From an uncultured virus (IMG/VR IMGVR_UViG_3300017774_007075) (taxonomy: Duplodnaviria; Heunggongvirae; Uroviricota; Caudoviricetes): a stretch of DNA of 64,000 nucleotides. Of this stretch, positions 28,598 through 38,470 are shown one piece after another. The notes beneath the pieces are model-generated. The model saw only the letters and a list, made by a program, of their open reading frames with translations. It had not been told where the DNA came from and did no database searches. Made by a program: the position numbers and the translations under genes. The stretch's first letter is position 1; each line of letters starts with the position of its first letter. The stretch covers positions 1 to 64,000 of the IMG/VR virus record IMGVR_UViG_3300017774_007075; one strand, written 5' to 3'.

Positions 28598-31363
28598 ATG
28601 GCAAATTTTAATTTTAAATCACCTAGCGTCAAATTTCAAGAAATAGACAGGAGTTTTGCTTCAACTCCATCGTTGGGTATCACATCAGTTGGTATGGTTG
28701 GGGAAACCTTGAAAGGTCCAGCTTTCTCACCTGTTCTGATTACAGATAGAACTGAATTCAGAAGATACTTTGGTGGTACAAGTACTGTAAAATTTCCTGA
28801 TACTTCAGGAAGAATGAAGTACTTAGCACCAACATATGCTAATGCCTTTTTGGAAGAAGGTAATCAACTTTATTTTACAAGAATTCTTGGAAAATCAGGT
28901 TATAATGCAGGTAAGGCTTTTGCTATTACAGTTGGTGGTAATTGTTTAACATCTACATCAGCACAAACATCGGTATTTTCGTCTTCTACGGGTACAACTA
29001 CTTTTAGTGGTGCAAATGTTGTTACATTTACTTCAAATTCAGTAAATTTTAGTTTTTCAATAACAGGAAATGGAACATACGATAATGTTTCAAGTATTTC
29101 TTTTGTAAAAAATTCAAGCAATGTATTTACGGCATCTAGTGCTTATGTAACGGTTAGTTCATATAGTGGTAGTCCAATAAGTGGTTCAGCTTCATTTACT
29201 TCATTTACTTATACTGCTCAAACTGACCCAACTTATGATAATATGGTCGTTGCAATTTTAAGAAGTAGAGGTAGCGGATTACAAGATGCTGCCACATTTA
29301 ATATTTCATCTGTAACAGGAAGTTTTGGAAATACAATAGGAAGTCCTCTTTCAAACTTTACATTAACTGCGGTTGGTACAAATGTTACTGAAAACTTCCA
29401 ATTTAATTTAGATGTAACATCTTCAAATTATATTGCTAAAGCAATGGGTTCTAGAAACTCTGATACTAAATCCAATCTTTGGGTTGATGCTGTTTATCCT
29501 GATTTAATTAGAAAGATTGCTACTGAGAATTTAATTCTTGATATTAAAAATGTTCTTACATTAACAAGCACAACATTTTCTAATTATAAATCACAATATA
29601 CTAATCCTGAAACTCCTTGGTTAGTTTCCGAACTTAATGGTAGTAAAGTAAGTAGACTTTTCAAATTTATTTCTTTCTCTGATGGTAATGCCGCAAATAG
29701 AGAAGTTAAAATTGCAATTGAAAATATTAATCCAACTACAAAAGAATTTGATATTGTTGTAAGAGATTTTACTGATACTGATGCTAATCCTTCAATTCTT
29801 GAAAGATTTGGAAGATGTACTATGAATCCTGATGATAATAACTTTATCATGAGAAGAATTGGTGGTGTATATAGTGATTCAGATACTTCTTTCTTAGAAG
29901 ATGCAAAATCTGCTTACATTTATGTAAATGTTAATGTAAATGCTCCAATAACTTCAATTCCTTGTGGTTTTGAAGGTTATAATTTAAGAAATTATTCAAC
30001 TTCATCCACAGGTGCTGCTACTTCGGCTTTAACTCCTACAATAATTTATAAAACAAGATATGCTACAACTGATAAGGTACTTAAAACATACCTTGGAATT
30101 TCTGAAAAAGCATTTGATACTTCATCAACTAATGGTTTATCTATTAATGATGACTTATTTAAATTCTTAGGTGCTAATATTGCTGCTACTAGTCTTTACA
30201 AAACTAAAGGTTTCCACTTAGATTCAGGTGCTACTGGTACATATATTGATTCGGTTGGTAATGAAATTGGTCAATTTAGTGTAGGTGCAGGTGCAATTTC
30301 AAATACTGTAAGTGTTGCAGCAGGAACTTACTATGCTGATTCAAATAGACGTAAATTTGTAGTTGTTCCGGCAGGTGGTTTTGATGGTTGGGATGTAAAT
30401 TATGAAATGGTGGCAGGTAGGTCTATTGGTGCTACATTCGCACAAGGTGGTGTTAACGCATTCATAGGTTCTGATTATAATGCTTACTTAGAAGCATATC
30501 AGCTTTATGAAGATACTGAAAGAACACCAATTAACTTATTTTCAACTCCAGGAATTGATTGGTTAAGTAATTCTGACCTTGTTGCTGATGCTCTTGAAAT
30601 TGTTGAAGAAATACGTCAAGATTCACTTTATATTATTGATGCTCCTGATGCAAGTTTAACTGATACTTCAACAGTTGTTGCAGGTTCTTATGTTGATGAT
30701 TTAGATAGTGCAAATATTGATTCTTCTTATGCTGCTACTTATGTACCTTACATTAAAAGAAAAGATGTTGATTCTAATACTAATATCTTCATTCCTCCAA
30801 CAGGTGAAATCTTAAAAGCTATGGCTCTTTCTGATAGAACTTCATTTATTTGGTTTGCTACGGCAGGTTTAAATAGAGGTGGATTACCTAATGCTAGAGA
30901 TGTTAGAAAAACCTTTAAAGAATCTGATAGAGATACATTGTACTTGGGTAGACTTAATCCAATCGTTAAATTCTCAAATAATACACCAGGAATTTTCGTT
31001 TATGGTCAAAAGACTTTACAAGTTGCTGATTCTAAACTTGATAGAATTGATGTAAGAAGACTACTTCTTTATGCAAAACAAATCATTTCTTCTCAAGCTA
31101 GAGTTTACTTGTTCGAACCTAATGATGATGTGTTAGCAACAAACTTTATTGCTGAATCAAATAAAAAACTTAAAGTTATCCAAGATAATAGAGGTTTGCA
31201 AACATTCAGAGTTAGACTAGATAATAGTTTAAATACACCTGAAAGTAGAGATAGAAATGAAATTTACTTTGTAATTGAATTGTTACCAATCGGTGCTGTT
31301 GAATTCATTGGTCTGACATTTGTGGTAAATAAATCAACAACTGCAATTCAATTTAATGGATAA
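28598..31363 (+). CDS. Tail sheath protein (gp18-like)
   Basis: SPSVKFQEID, GETLKGPAF, WFATAGLNRG, YGQKTLQ, RIDVRRLL, FEPND. Confidence 0.95.
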   Translation: MANFNFKSPSVKFQEIDRSFASTPSLGITSVGMVGETLKGPAFSPVLITDRTEFRRYFGGTSTVKFPDTSGRMKYLAPTYANAFLEEGNQLYFTRILGKSGYNAGKAFAITVGGNCLTSTSAQTSVFSSSTGTTTFSGANVVTFTSNSVNFSFSITGNGTYDNVSSISFVKNSSNVFTASSAYVTVSSYSGSPISGSASFTSFTYTAQTDPTYDNMVVAILRSRGSGLQDAATFNISSVTGSFGNTIGSPLSNFTLTAVGTNVTENFQFNLDVTSSNYIAKAMGSRNSDTKSNLWVDAVYPDLIRKIATENLILDIKNVLTLTSTTFSNYKSQYTNPETPWLVSELNGSKVSRLFKFISFSDGNAANREVKIAIENINPTTKEFDIVVRDFTDTDANPSILERFGRCTMNPDDNNFIMRRIGGVYSDSDTSFLEDAKSAYIYVNVNVNAPITSIPCGFEGYNLRNYSTSSTGAATSALTPTIIYKTRYATTDKVLKTYLGISEKAFDTSSTNGLSINDDLFKFLGANIAATSLYKTKGFHLDSGATGTYIDSVGNEIGQFSVGAGAISNTVSVAAGTYYADSNRRKFVVVPAGGFDGWDVNYEMVAGRSIGATFAQGGVNAFIGSDYNAYLEAYQLYEDTERTPINLFSTPGIDWLSNSDLVADALEIVEEIRQDSLYIIDAPDASLTDTSTVVAGSYVDDLDSANIDSSYAATYVPYIKRKDVDSNTNIFIPPTGEILKAMALSDRTSFIWFATAGLNRGGLPNARDVRKTFKESDRDTLYLGRLNPIVKFSNNTPGIFVYGQKTLQVADSKLDRIDVRRLLLYAKQIISSQARVYLFEPNDDVLATNFIAESNKKLKVIQDNRGLQTFRVRLDNSLNTPESRDRNEIYFVIELLPIGAVEFIGLTFVVNKSTTAIQFNG

Positions 31364-31376
31364 ACAATAAAAAGAT

Positions 31377-31386
31377 ACTAATTAAA
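31377..31386 (+). promoter_or_regulatory. Putative late promoter ACTAATTAAA
   Basis: 13 nt before the tube ATG. Confidence 0.55.
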
Positions 31387-31399
31387 ATAAAGAAATAAA

Positions 31400-31894
31400 A
31401 TGCCACAAGGATTTAGAAATGTACCTACCCAATATGAACCACTCAGACCTAATAGGTTTGAGTTGTTCTTCCCTCAAGATATTGAATTGAGTAAATATAC
31501 TTGGATTATTAATGCTGTTGATAGACCTAAAATGAAAGTTAACTCAGTTCCGATTAAATATTTGAACTATGAGCAGAAGGTTGCAGGTCATGTAACTTTT
31601 GATGACTTAACAGTTGAATTAATTGATTTGCAAGGACCATCATCAGTACAGTTAATACTGGAATGGTACAGACTATGTGCTGAAAACTTAACAGGTAGAA
31701 TGGGTTATGCTTCAGGTTATAAGAAAGACTTGAGACTTGTTGCTCTTGACCCGACTCTTGTAGGTGTTCAACAGTTCACAATTTTTGGTGCTTTCATCTC
31801 TAATCTTGACTTCGGTAAAAATGAATACTCAAGTGATGACGTACAAAAGATTACATTGACACTTAGCTATGATATAGCTGAAAATAATTACTAA
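31400..31894 (+). CDS. Tail tube protein (gp19-like)
   Basis: EPLRPNRF, GRMGYASGYKKD, LTLSYD; follows the sheath gene. Confidence 0.9.
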   Translation: MPQGFRNVPTQYEPLRPNRFELFFPQDIELSKYTWIINAVDRPKMKVNSVPIKYLNYEQKVAGHVTFDDLTVELIDLQGPSSVQLILEWYRLCAENLTGRMGYASGYKKDLRLVALDPTLVGVQQFTIFGAFISNLDFGKNEYSSDDVQKITLTLSYDIAENNY

Positions 31895-31915
31895 CAATAG
31901 TAATATTCTAAAATT

Positions 31916-31949
31916 AAAAATCCCATTGGTTTCCGATGGGATTTTTTTT
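31916..31949 (+). terminator. Rho-independent terminator (possibly bidirectional) after the tube gene
   Basis: aaaaatcccattgg-tt-tccgatgggattttttt hairpin flanked by A- and T-runs. Confidence 0.85.
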
Positions 31950-31992
31950 GGTATAAATATTGTATATTTATAATTATAAAACAATTATTTTT

Positions 31993-32358
31993 ATGATAAA
32001 TTATAAATTAGACCAGTTTTTAACAAACGAAATGAAGTATTTCGATACGCTTACAACAGCAAGCACAACACTAAAGGATTATTTTGAAAAATCTTATCCG
32101 TACAAAGATTTTAAAAAACAATTACAATTTGCAGGTTTTGATAGAGAAGAACTTTCTGTATCGTATGAGAATGACTATCTGACAATTGATGGTAAATCTG
32201 TCATGTTAGATAGTTTGTATAGTAAAAAATATTATCTACCATCAAAACATTATGATGTTAATAACATTTCTGTAAAATTTGAAAAGTGTATCTTAACTGT
32301 TGAATGCAAATTGAAAGAAGAAAAAGAATCAAAAGTGGTAAAAATTGTAATTAAATAA
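31993..32358 (+). CDS. Small heat-shock protein (Hsp20/alpha-crystallin family)
   Basis: AGFDREELSVSYENDYLTIDG...ISVKFEKCILTV; ATG 31993 preferred over TTG 31960 because a TATTTATA motif lies at 31965. Confidence 0.7.
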   Translation: MINYKLDQFLTNEMKYFDTLTTASTTLKDYFEKSYPYKDFKKQLQFAGFDREELSVSYENDYLTIDGKSVMLDSLYSKKYYLPSKHYDVNNISVKFEKCILTVECKLKEEKESKVVKIVIK

Positions 32359-32359
32359 G

Positions 32360-32782
32360 CTAGGGTCTCCACTTAATTTTAATTACTTTATTCAACCGTT
32401 CTGAAGAGGGATTGAAAGTTTTTTCATAGCGTTTTTTACTTGTGTAAACCTTTATGATAAAATTGTATTTCCCTCTTTTCTTTTTTAACATATTTAATCT
32501 TAATATTTTTGTTTGAAAACCAATATTATCTTCACTAATAAGATAATAATCATCATAACTATCATAATTTATTACATGAGTATAATTTTTTCTATTTAAA
32601 TCAATTATTTCAATTTTTTGAAATATACCACCCATTCTTAGATTTGTTATTTCAATTTCAATATAATTATTTATCCTAACAATAGGTATACTCATTCTTT
32701 GACCATAAATATTAAAAATAAAAAATCCCCAAATTATGGGGATTAATATTAATACATTAATTTTAATTTTTCGCAATCCCAT
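32360..32782 (-). CDS. Hypothetical protein; start ambiguous (32782 or 32695)
   Basis: ORF track; the N-terminal 29 codons overlap a terminator-like hairpin. Confidence 0.45.
   Translation of the reverse strand: MGLRKIKINVLILIPIIWGFFIFNIYGQRMSIPIVRINNYIEIEITNLRMGGIFQKIEIIDLNRKNYTHVINYDSYDDYYLISEDNIGFQTKILRLNMLKKKRGKYNFIIKVYTSKKRYEKTFNPSSERLNKVIKIKWRP
32714..32744 (-). terminator. Putative terminator of the nrdB-nrdA operon
   Basis: aatcccca/tggggatt stem followed by a U-run on the minus strand, just after the stop at 32749. Confidence 0.65.
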
Positions 32783-33159
32783 TTTTCACCTAGTTTCAAC
32801 AAACATTTTTTTAAGTCCATTTTAGTTTTAAACCATTTTTTGTCAGAATAGATTTCAGTAACTTTACAATTTCTTGCTAAAATAACATCATCATTTGAAT
32901 TGTGAATAACTTTTAAGATAACTGATTTTTTTATTGAATCAGATTTATCCCATGCTTTAGAAATTCTTTCTAATAATAATTGCTGTCCTATTGGAATAAT
33001 AACACCTTCTTTTTCAAATTTAAACTCCATAAGAATTAAATATGTATCATTAAATTCTAAAACACAATCTATATCAGATGGATGTATTTTTTTATTACTG
33101 ATTCCTGTAAAATCAATAACTTTTTTTACATAATTTTTATTTCTAATTAATGATTCCAT
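32749..33159 (-). CDS. Hypothetical protein, possible PD-(D/E)xK nuclease fold
   Basis: PSDIDCVLEF...LMEFK. Confidence 0.45.
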   Translation of the reverse strand: MESLIRNKNYVKKVIDFTGISNKKIHPSDIDCVLEFNDTYLILMEFKFEKEGVIIPIGQQLLLERISKAWDKSDSIKKSVILKVIHNSNDDVILARNCKVTEIYSDKKWFKTKMDLKKCLLKLGEKWDCEKLKLMY

Positions 33160-34896
33160 TTATCCTTCGCACATTATACATTCTGAATATAAATCTCTTT
33201 GTTCTTTTGTATCTGCTCTTAATACGGATTCTGACCTAAGATAATATAAAGATTTTAATCCAAGTTTCCATGCCTCAATGTGAACTTGATTAATAAACTT
33301 AGCAGGTGCATCATTAAAGAATGCAAGATTCAATGATTGTCCTTGGTCAATGTATTTCTGACGAATACCTGCTTGTCTAACAAGTTCAAGTTGATTAATC
33401 TCCTTGAATGTTTTAAATACGGCCTTTTCTTCAGCACTCATACACCTAACATTAAGAACTGAACCCTTATCTTCAGAAATTGCATCCCATACTTGTGGTA
33501 CATTCTTACCTTTAGATTCTAATAATTCTTCTAAAAATGGATTTCTTCTAATGTGTAAACCTTTTGCATCATCATCCATATAAATATTTGCTGCAATTGG
33601 TTCAACACCTTGTGAATATCCACCTGCAAGCTTACTAGAAGAACGATTAGGTGCAATAGCAAGAAGTGTTAAGTTTCTTCTTCCTGTTCCTTGACACCAT
33701 TCAGGTTCACCATATTCTTTAGCCAAATCCATTGTTGCTTTTTCTGACTCTTCTTTAATATATTTGAAGATAATATTTGTCCAAGAATTGGCCTCAATAG
33801 AAACAAATGGAATTAGTTTGCTTTGTAAGAAACTATGCCATCCTAAAGCACCCAATCCTAACGCTCTTGACTTCGTAGCAAAGCGTACAGCGTCTTCAAT
33901 ACCTTTGTAAGCATATGAGTTACCCTTCTGAAGAAAGTCCTCCATTACGGCATCTAAAAACAGTACAGAGAGATATACAGTATCGGTATTTCTCCATTCA
34001 TCAAACTTAACAAGGTTTAAAGAAGAAAGACAACATACTAAAGTATGGTTTTCATCTGTTGGTAAAAAGATTTCAGAACAAAGATTTGAATGTCTAATCT
34101 TTAAATCATTTTTATGCCACCACTCAGGAACAGCATTATTGGCATTGTCAATAAACATAGTATAAGGTTCACCTGTCTTTACTCTTTTCTTTAGAGTTTC
34201 AAGCCAAATTTCCCTTTCTCTACCATTTTTATCAACAACTTTATTCATAAATTCATCTGTAAAGATTGCACCTTGATGAATATTATGTGATTGTCTATTT
34301 ACATCACCTTTTGGTTCTCTTACTTCAAGAAAGTCTTTAAATTCTCCATGTTCTGCATTCAAATAAATAGCTACAGCACCTCTTCTTGTCTTTCCTTGTT
34401 TAGATGCTAAGATAGTTGAGTCATAAGATTTAATAAATGGAATAATACCATCGGAAGTTCCACCTCTACCATCTTTGATTTTAGTACCCATTGCTCTAAT
34501 TGAAGAGAAGTCATAAGCAGTACCTCCACCATATTTTGAAAGCATTGCCATCTCAAGATTTTTACGATAGATTTCATACATAGAATCACCAACATGAGAA
34601 GAAAAACAACTAATTGGTAATGCCACATCTGTTCCAAGATTAGCCATTACAGGTGTTGAAGGAATTAACCATCCTTTCCAAAGAATATCAAAAAATCTTT
34701 CTTGCAATTCAGGTTTATTTAATAACTCTGCTGCTCTTGATGATACTCTTACATAACCATCTTTTGGTGTTTCACCATCAATAAGATATCCACCTTTAAT
34801 TGTTGTTAGGTAAAGTGCATTGTTACCCCATTCAGGAAAGTCAATACCAACTTTCCAACCCATGTTTTTTGCTATGTCGTGTGTTTCTAGTTTCAT
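33160..34896 (-). CDS. nrdA: Class I ribonucleotide reductase alpha subunit (short, no ATP cone)
   Basis: PISCF, GGGTA, SNLCSEI, AIAPN, DQGQSLN, SLYY, C-terminal CIMCEG. Confidence 0.95.
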   Translation of the reverse strand: MKLETHDIAKNMGWKVGIDFPEWGNNALYLTTIKGGYLIDGETPKDGYVRVSSRAAELLNKPELQERFFDILWKGWLIPSTPVMANLGTDVALPISCFSSHVGDSMYEIYRKNLEMAMLSKYGGGTAYDFSSIRAMGTKIKDGRGGTSDGIIPFIKSYDSTILASKQGKTRRGAVAIYLNAEHGEFKDFLEVREPKGDVNRQSHNIHQGAIFTDEFMNKVVDKNGREREIWLETLKKRVKTGEPYTMFIDNANNAVPEWWHKNDLKIRHSNLCSEIFLPTDENHTLVCCLSSLNLVKFDEWRNTDTVYLSVLFLDAVMEDFLQKGNSYAYKGIEDAVRFATKSRALGLGALGWHSFLQSKLIPFVSIEANSWTNIIFKYIKEESEKATMDLAKEYGEPEWCQGTGRRNLTLLAIAPNRSSSKLAGGYSQGVEPIAANIYMDDDAKGLHIRRNPFLEELLESKGKNVPQVWDAISEDKGSVLNVRCMSAEEKAVFKTFKEINQLELVRQAGIRQKYIDQGQSLNLAFFNDAPAKFINQVHIEAWKLGLKSLYYLRSESVLRADTKEQRDLYSECIMCEG

Positions 34897-34903
34897 TTTT
34901 TAT

Positions 34904-35869
34904 TTAAAATAAGTCATCAGTATCGTTCCAATCTTCATTTGGTTTTGAGTATCCGTGTTCACGATTTGCAAAAAAATCAGTTTGTTGTTCTCCTGATGTT
35001 GTAATATAAAACCATTCCATATCGTTAAGTAATTCATCATCAACGGTATAAACAGGTTTTAACATTAACTCTTTAAGTTTTCTGTTTGCTCTGTCATACA
35101 TAAAGTTTTTAAGAATGTCTTTTGAAATTGTTTCTAAATCACCAAGTTCAAATATTTTATCAATATAGTTGAATTCATTTACTAATGCTAAATCAACACC
35201 TTGATAAATTGTATCTTTTAATTCTTCAGTCCAAATGTAAGGATTTTCTTCTACAAGTGTTCTAAATAATTTACAACCTGATTCAGAGTGTAAAGATTCA
35301 TCACGAACTGAGAAAATCATTTGTTGACCAATACCTGTCATTAGATTCTTTTTTCTAAAAGATAAAAGAACTGCAAATGAAGAATATAATTGAATACCTT
35401 CAGCACAAGCAGAGAATAAAGCAAGACTTCTTGCAATATTAGTTAGATTAGTATCATTAGGGTCAATTTCCATCAATGCTTCTAGTTTAGCCATAGTAGC
35501 ATCATCTTCCATAAATGATTTAAAGTCTGTTAAACCTAATGTATCATTAAGGTATGAATAAGCAACTGCATGGATTGTTTCAAATGCACCAAATGTACTT
35601 GCCATCATTTTAATTTCAGGAACAGGAAACCATTTAGTTACATATGTTGACCAATAATCATTAACAACAGTTTCTGTTTGTGTAAATCCTTTTAGGATAT
35701 TACCAATAACATTTTTTTCTTCCAATGTTAATCCATCATTCCAATCTTTAACATCTTTTTGCATAGAGATTTCTGTATGTAACCAATGTGCATTTTGCTG
35801 TTTAAACCATGCTTCATAAGCCCATTGATATTCAAATGGTTTAAATTCTAATCTTTGTTCTGTAATCAT
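34904..35869 (-). CDS. nrdB: Class Ia ribonucleotide reductase beta subunit
   Basis: ETIHAVAY, EGIQLYSSF, RDESLH, TDFF...Y. Confidence 0.95.
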   Translation of the reverse strand: MITEQRLEFKPFEYQWAYEAWFKQQNAHWLHTEISMQKDVKDWNDGLTLEEKNVIGNILKGFTQTETVVNDYWSTYVTKWFPVPEIKMMASTFGAFETIHAVAYSYLNDTLGLTDFKSFMEDDATMAKLEALMEIDPNDTNLTNIARSLALFSACAEGIQLYSSFAVLLSFRKKNLMTGIGQQMIFSVRDESLHSESGCKLFRTLVEENPYIWTEELKDTIYQGVDLALVNEFNYIDKIFELGDLETISKDILKNFMYDRANRKLKELMLKPVYTVDDELLNDMEWFYITTSGEQQTDFFANREHGYSKPNEDWNDTDDLF

Positions 35870-35889
35870 TTTTATAATTTTTTATGTAT

Positions 35890-35925
35890 AAAAAAATCCT
35901 GCTTATATTTTACTATAAACAGGAT
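35890..35925 (-). terminator. Terminator-like hairpin just upstream of nrdB
   Basis: Minus-strand 12-bp stem AUCCUGUUUAUA/UAUAAGCAGGAU (one G-U pair) followed by a U-run. Confidence 0.6.
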
Positions 35926-35940
35926 AGTATTTTTAATTGT

Positions 35941-36192
35941 TTAGTTTTTTGTTGTTCTATAGATGAACCAAAATGCACCTAAAAGAAAAATTGGTAAGAT
36001 TCCTAATGTTAAATTTATCAAAAAAATATCCGTTATTAATTTAACACCAAAGAATTTCATAAATGAGAGTATAAATGTTGGTACAATCAAATATACGGCA
36101 AATTTTGGCAAAAAGAAATCAAAACCAACAAAAAGATGGTCTAAAATTTTGCCCAATCTGCTGTTTGCTATGTTATCTAAAAAATTTTTCAT
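35941..36192 (-). CDS. Small membrane protein
   Basis: Two hydrophobic helices; ATGA overlap with the phoH stop. Confidence 0.6.
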   Translation of the reverse strand: MKNFLDNIANSRLGKILDHLFVGFDFFLPKFAVYLIVPTFILSFMKFFGVKLITDIFLINLTLGILPIFLLGAFWFIYRTTKN

Positions 36193-36944
36193 ATTGGTTT
36201 TTTTTCATCAAATAATTTAGTAATTTTTTGGATTAGTTGGCTTCTCACGCAATCGGAATCAACGAATTCAATAACCTTAACATGGTCATCAAAATCTCTA
36301 AAGTGTTCAGTTAAAAACATTAATCCATTATCTTTTTTATCTTTAAAATCTCTTTGGCGAATATCACCAATGATAATCATTTTAGCATCTTCTTCAAGAC
36401 GAGTTAAAACTGTTTCAGTATTATCAACTGATACGTTTTGGAATTCATCAAAGATGTTAATATTATCAAGGGATAGACCTCTTAGATTACCCATTGGAAT
36501 TACTTCAATGATTTTTTCTTTGAATAGTATCTCTAATGCAATTGGGGATAATAGTTTATTTAATTGCATTGAATATGACATTAAGACATATTCTAATTTT
36601 TCTTCAACACCACCTGGTAGAATACCAATGTCTTCGTTTTGTAATTGTTTTAGAGGTTTAAATATCCTAATCTTTGTATATTCATTATCATGAGATAATA
36701 ATAGGTTTATTGCTTGAACTAAAGCTAAAAATGTTTTACCTGCTCCTGCAATACCTGTTGCAATAACATACATTGATTCATCGTCCAAAATATCTTTGAT
36801 AAATTTTTCTTGATTTTCAGTTTTAGGAACTATCTTTAGATATGGTTTTCCAACTTTTTTTCTAATCTCTTCTTTCTTTGCTCTTAGCCTATCGGCATCA
36901 GTTTCTTCGCCACCGTATTTTTTTACTTTCCTATTCACACGCAT
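36189..36944 (-). CDS. phoH: PhoH-family ATPase
   Basis: PKTENQ, GIAGAGKT, IGILPG, LRGLSL, DEFQN, LTRL, GDIRQRD. Confidence 0.92.
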   Translation of the reverse strand: MRVNRKVKKYGGEETDADRLRAKKEEIRKKVGKPYLKIVPKTENQEKFIKDILDDESMYVIATGIAGAGKTFLALVQAINLLLSHDNEYTKIRIFKPLKQLQNEDIGILPGGVEEKLEYVLMSYSMQLNKLLSPIALEILFKEKIIEVIPMGNLRGLSLDNINIFDEFQNVSVDNTETVLTRLEEDAKMIIIGDIRQRDFKDKKDNGLMFLTEHFRDFDDHVKVIEFVDSDCVRSQLIQKITKLFDEKKPI

Positions 36945-36950
36945 TTGTTT

Positions 36951-37472
36951 TCATGTAAATAGGTTGTCTGAAAGATTTGTCTTTAAAAAACTTACTAATT
37001 TTTGGTCAAAATCTTTAATTTTTTGATAAGAAAGATTCATTTCTTTTATAATCGTCTTATTGTCATAGTGTTTCAAATATTTATATTCATAAAAATTTTT
37101 TAATGTTTCATCTTGACAAATTTTCATAATTTCACTAACAGAATTGAATTGAGTTTCATAATCGGAAGTAATGTAAACAGGCTCAAGCCTTTCTATATTA
37201 TTATCTAATGATGTGTATTTTTTGTATTTTTTTCTATTAATTTTTCTAACATAATCATAAAAGTGATTTTGTGTAACAGTATAAACCCAATTATCTAAAG
37301 TTTTTTTATTTAGTTTTTTGTGATAATTGATAATAATCTTACTCATTGTTTCTGCACTTAAATCTTTTGATAATTGTGCATCGGATGTTTTTGAATAAAA
37401 ATAATTAAGTACTAATTTTTCATATTTTTTAAAAATTTCTTTGTCTAATTTTTCTTTTTGTATATCTAACAT
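36951..37472 (-). CDS. ECF-type sigma-70-like factor
   Basis: Region-2 pattern SKDLSAETMSKI...NWVYTVTQNHFYDYVRK; weak region-4 HTH. Confidence 0.7.
   Translation of the reverse strand: MLDIQKEKLDKEIFKKYEKLVLNYFYSKTSDAQLSKDLSAETMSKIIINYHKKLNKKTLDNWVYTVTQNHFYDYVRKINRKKYKKYTSLDNNIERLEPVYITSDYETQFNSVSEIMKICQDETLKNFYEYKYLKHYDNKTIIKEMNLSYQKIKDFDQKLVSFLKTNLSDNLFT
36954..36963 (-). promoter_or_regulatory. Putative late promoter CCTATTTACA upstream of phoH
   Basis: Motif variant inside the 3' end of the ECF sigma gene, 9 nt before ATG 36944. Confidence 0.5.
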
Positions 37473-37498
37473 TTATTTCCATATAATAAAACATTTAA

Positions 37499-38470
37499 TT
37501 ATTGTTTTAAATTTGATTTCATTAAGTCAAATATATAATTTTTTCCGTAGTTTTGCATATTTTTATTTAAATCATTATCATCATTATACGTTTGAACTTT
37601 AACATTTGTTAAACCCAGACTCAATAATCGTTCCTGAATTTCTAAAGATGAATTTGGTGTCATATTATAATTAAAATTTTGTCTTTTTTCTATTGCATCG
37701 GGATTTAATAATATTACAACATTTGGTTTATATTTTATTAATTTTGAAAGTATATTATCATAAAGAGATTTGCCCAATAAAACTATAGTATTAACAGGTA
37801 TAGTTGTATATTCAAAATATGCTTCAACAATATAAACAGTAGCATTCCAATTAATATTTTTTTCATTAAAAATTATCTCTCTTTTATCAGCTTTAGGTAA
37901 TTTATATGCTTGATACTTTTCAACATCATCTTTAAATGTTCTAGTGATATAATAGTTGAGTTTATTTTGTGAATCATATGATGGAATTACAATTCTATCT
38001 TTATAAAACCCTTCAAGACAAAAACCTATTTTATCTTTTTTAATAATAGAATCAGTAACCTTTCTTTTATTTTTAATATAATCATATGCTTCCATATGTA
38101 ACGGATTATTCTTGTCAACATTTTGAAAACTAATAAATTCTTTTGGTAGTTTAAATACTTTAAATTTTTTTATTTGAGAAAGAATCATAGGTTCATTCTC
38201 ATATTTTAAAAATTCATCTATTTGTTGTTTATTTGCATATCTTTTAAAAACAAAAAAAAGTGGACCTGATAGACCGCACTTCCAACATTTGCAAACTTTA
38301 TTGTATTTTCCTTTATTATTTAATGCAATATTAACTTCAAGGTTGTATTTGTTATCACAAACACCATAATTTAATTTGGAACATTGGGGACAATTAAATT
38401 GTAATTGGACTGATGAGTTATCTTTAGGATATCCAAAGACAGATTCAAGCAAATTATAAATCATTGCCAA
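37499..38470 (-). CDS. DNA primase-like protein (Zn finger plus Toprim)
   Basis: CPQC...CWKC; RIVIPSYD...YYITR; IFNE; YIVEAYFE; LLGK. Confidence 0.75.
   Translation of the reverse strand: MAMIYNLLESVFGYPKDNSSVQLQFNCPQCSKLNYGVCDNKYNLEVNIALNNKGKYNKVCKCWKCGLSGPLFFVFKRYANKQQIDEFLKYENEPMILSQIKKFKVFKLPKEFISFQNVDKNNPLHMEAYDYIKNKRKVTDSIIKKDKIGFCLEGFYKDRIVIPSYDSQNKLNYYITRTFKDDVEKYQAYKLPKADKREIIFNEKNINWNATVYIVEAYFEYTTIPVNTIVLLGKSLYDNILSKLIKYKPNVVILLNPDAIEKRQNFNYNMTPNSSLEIQERLLSLGLTNVKVQTYNDDNDLNKNMQNYGKNYIFDLMKSNLKQ

Noticed and set aside
31960..31992. TTG start for Hsp20 given in the ORF track
   Set aside because: Overlaps the putative promoter motif; ATG 31993 fits better
4869..35869. Introns or inteins in TerL, portal, capsid or nrdA/nrdB
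   Set aside because: ORFs are continuous, with no intein splice motifs or embedded homing-endonuclease ORFs visible
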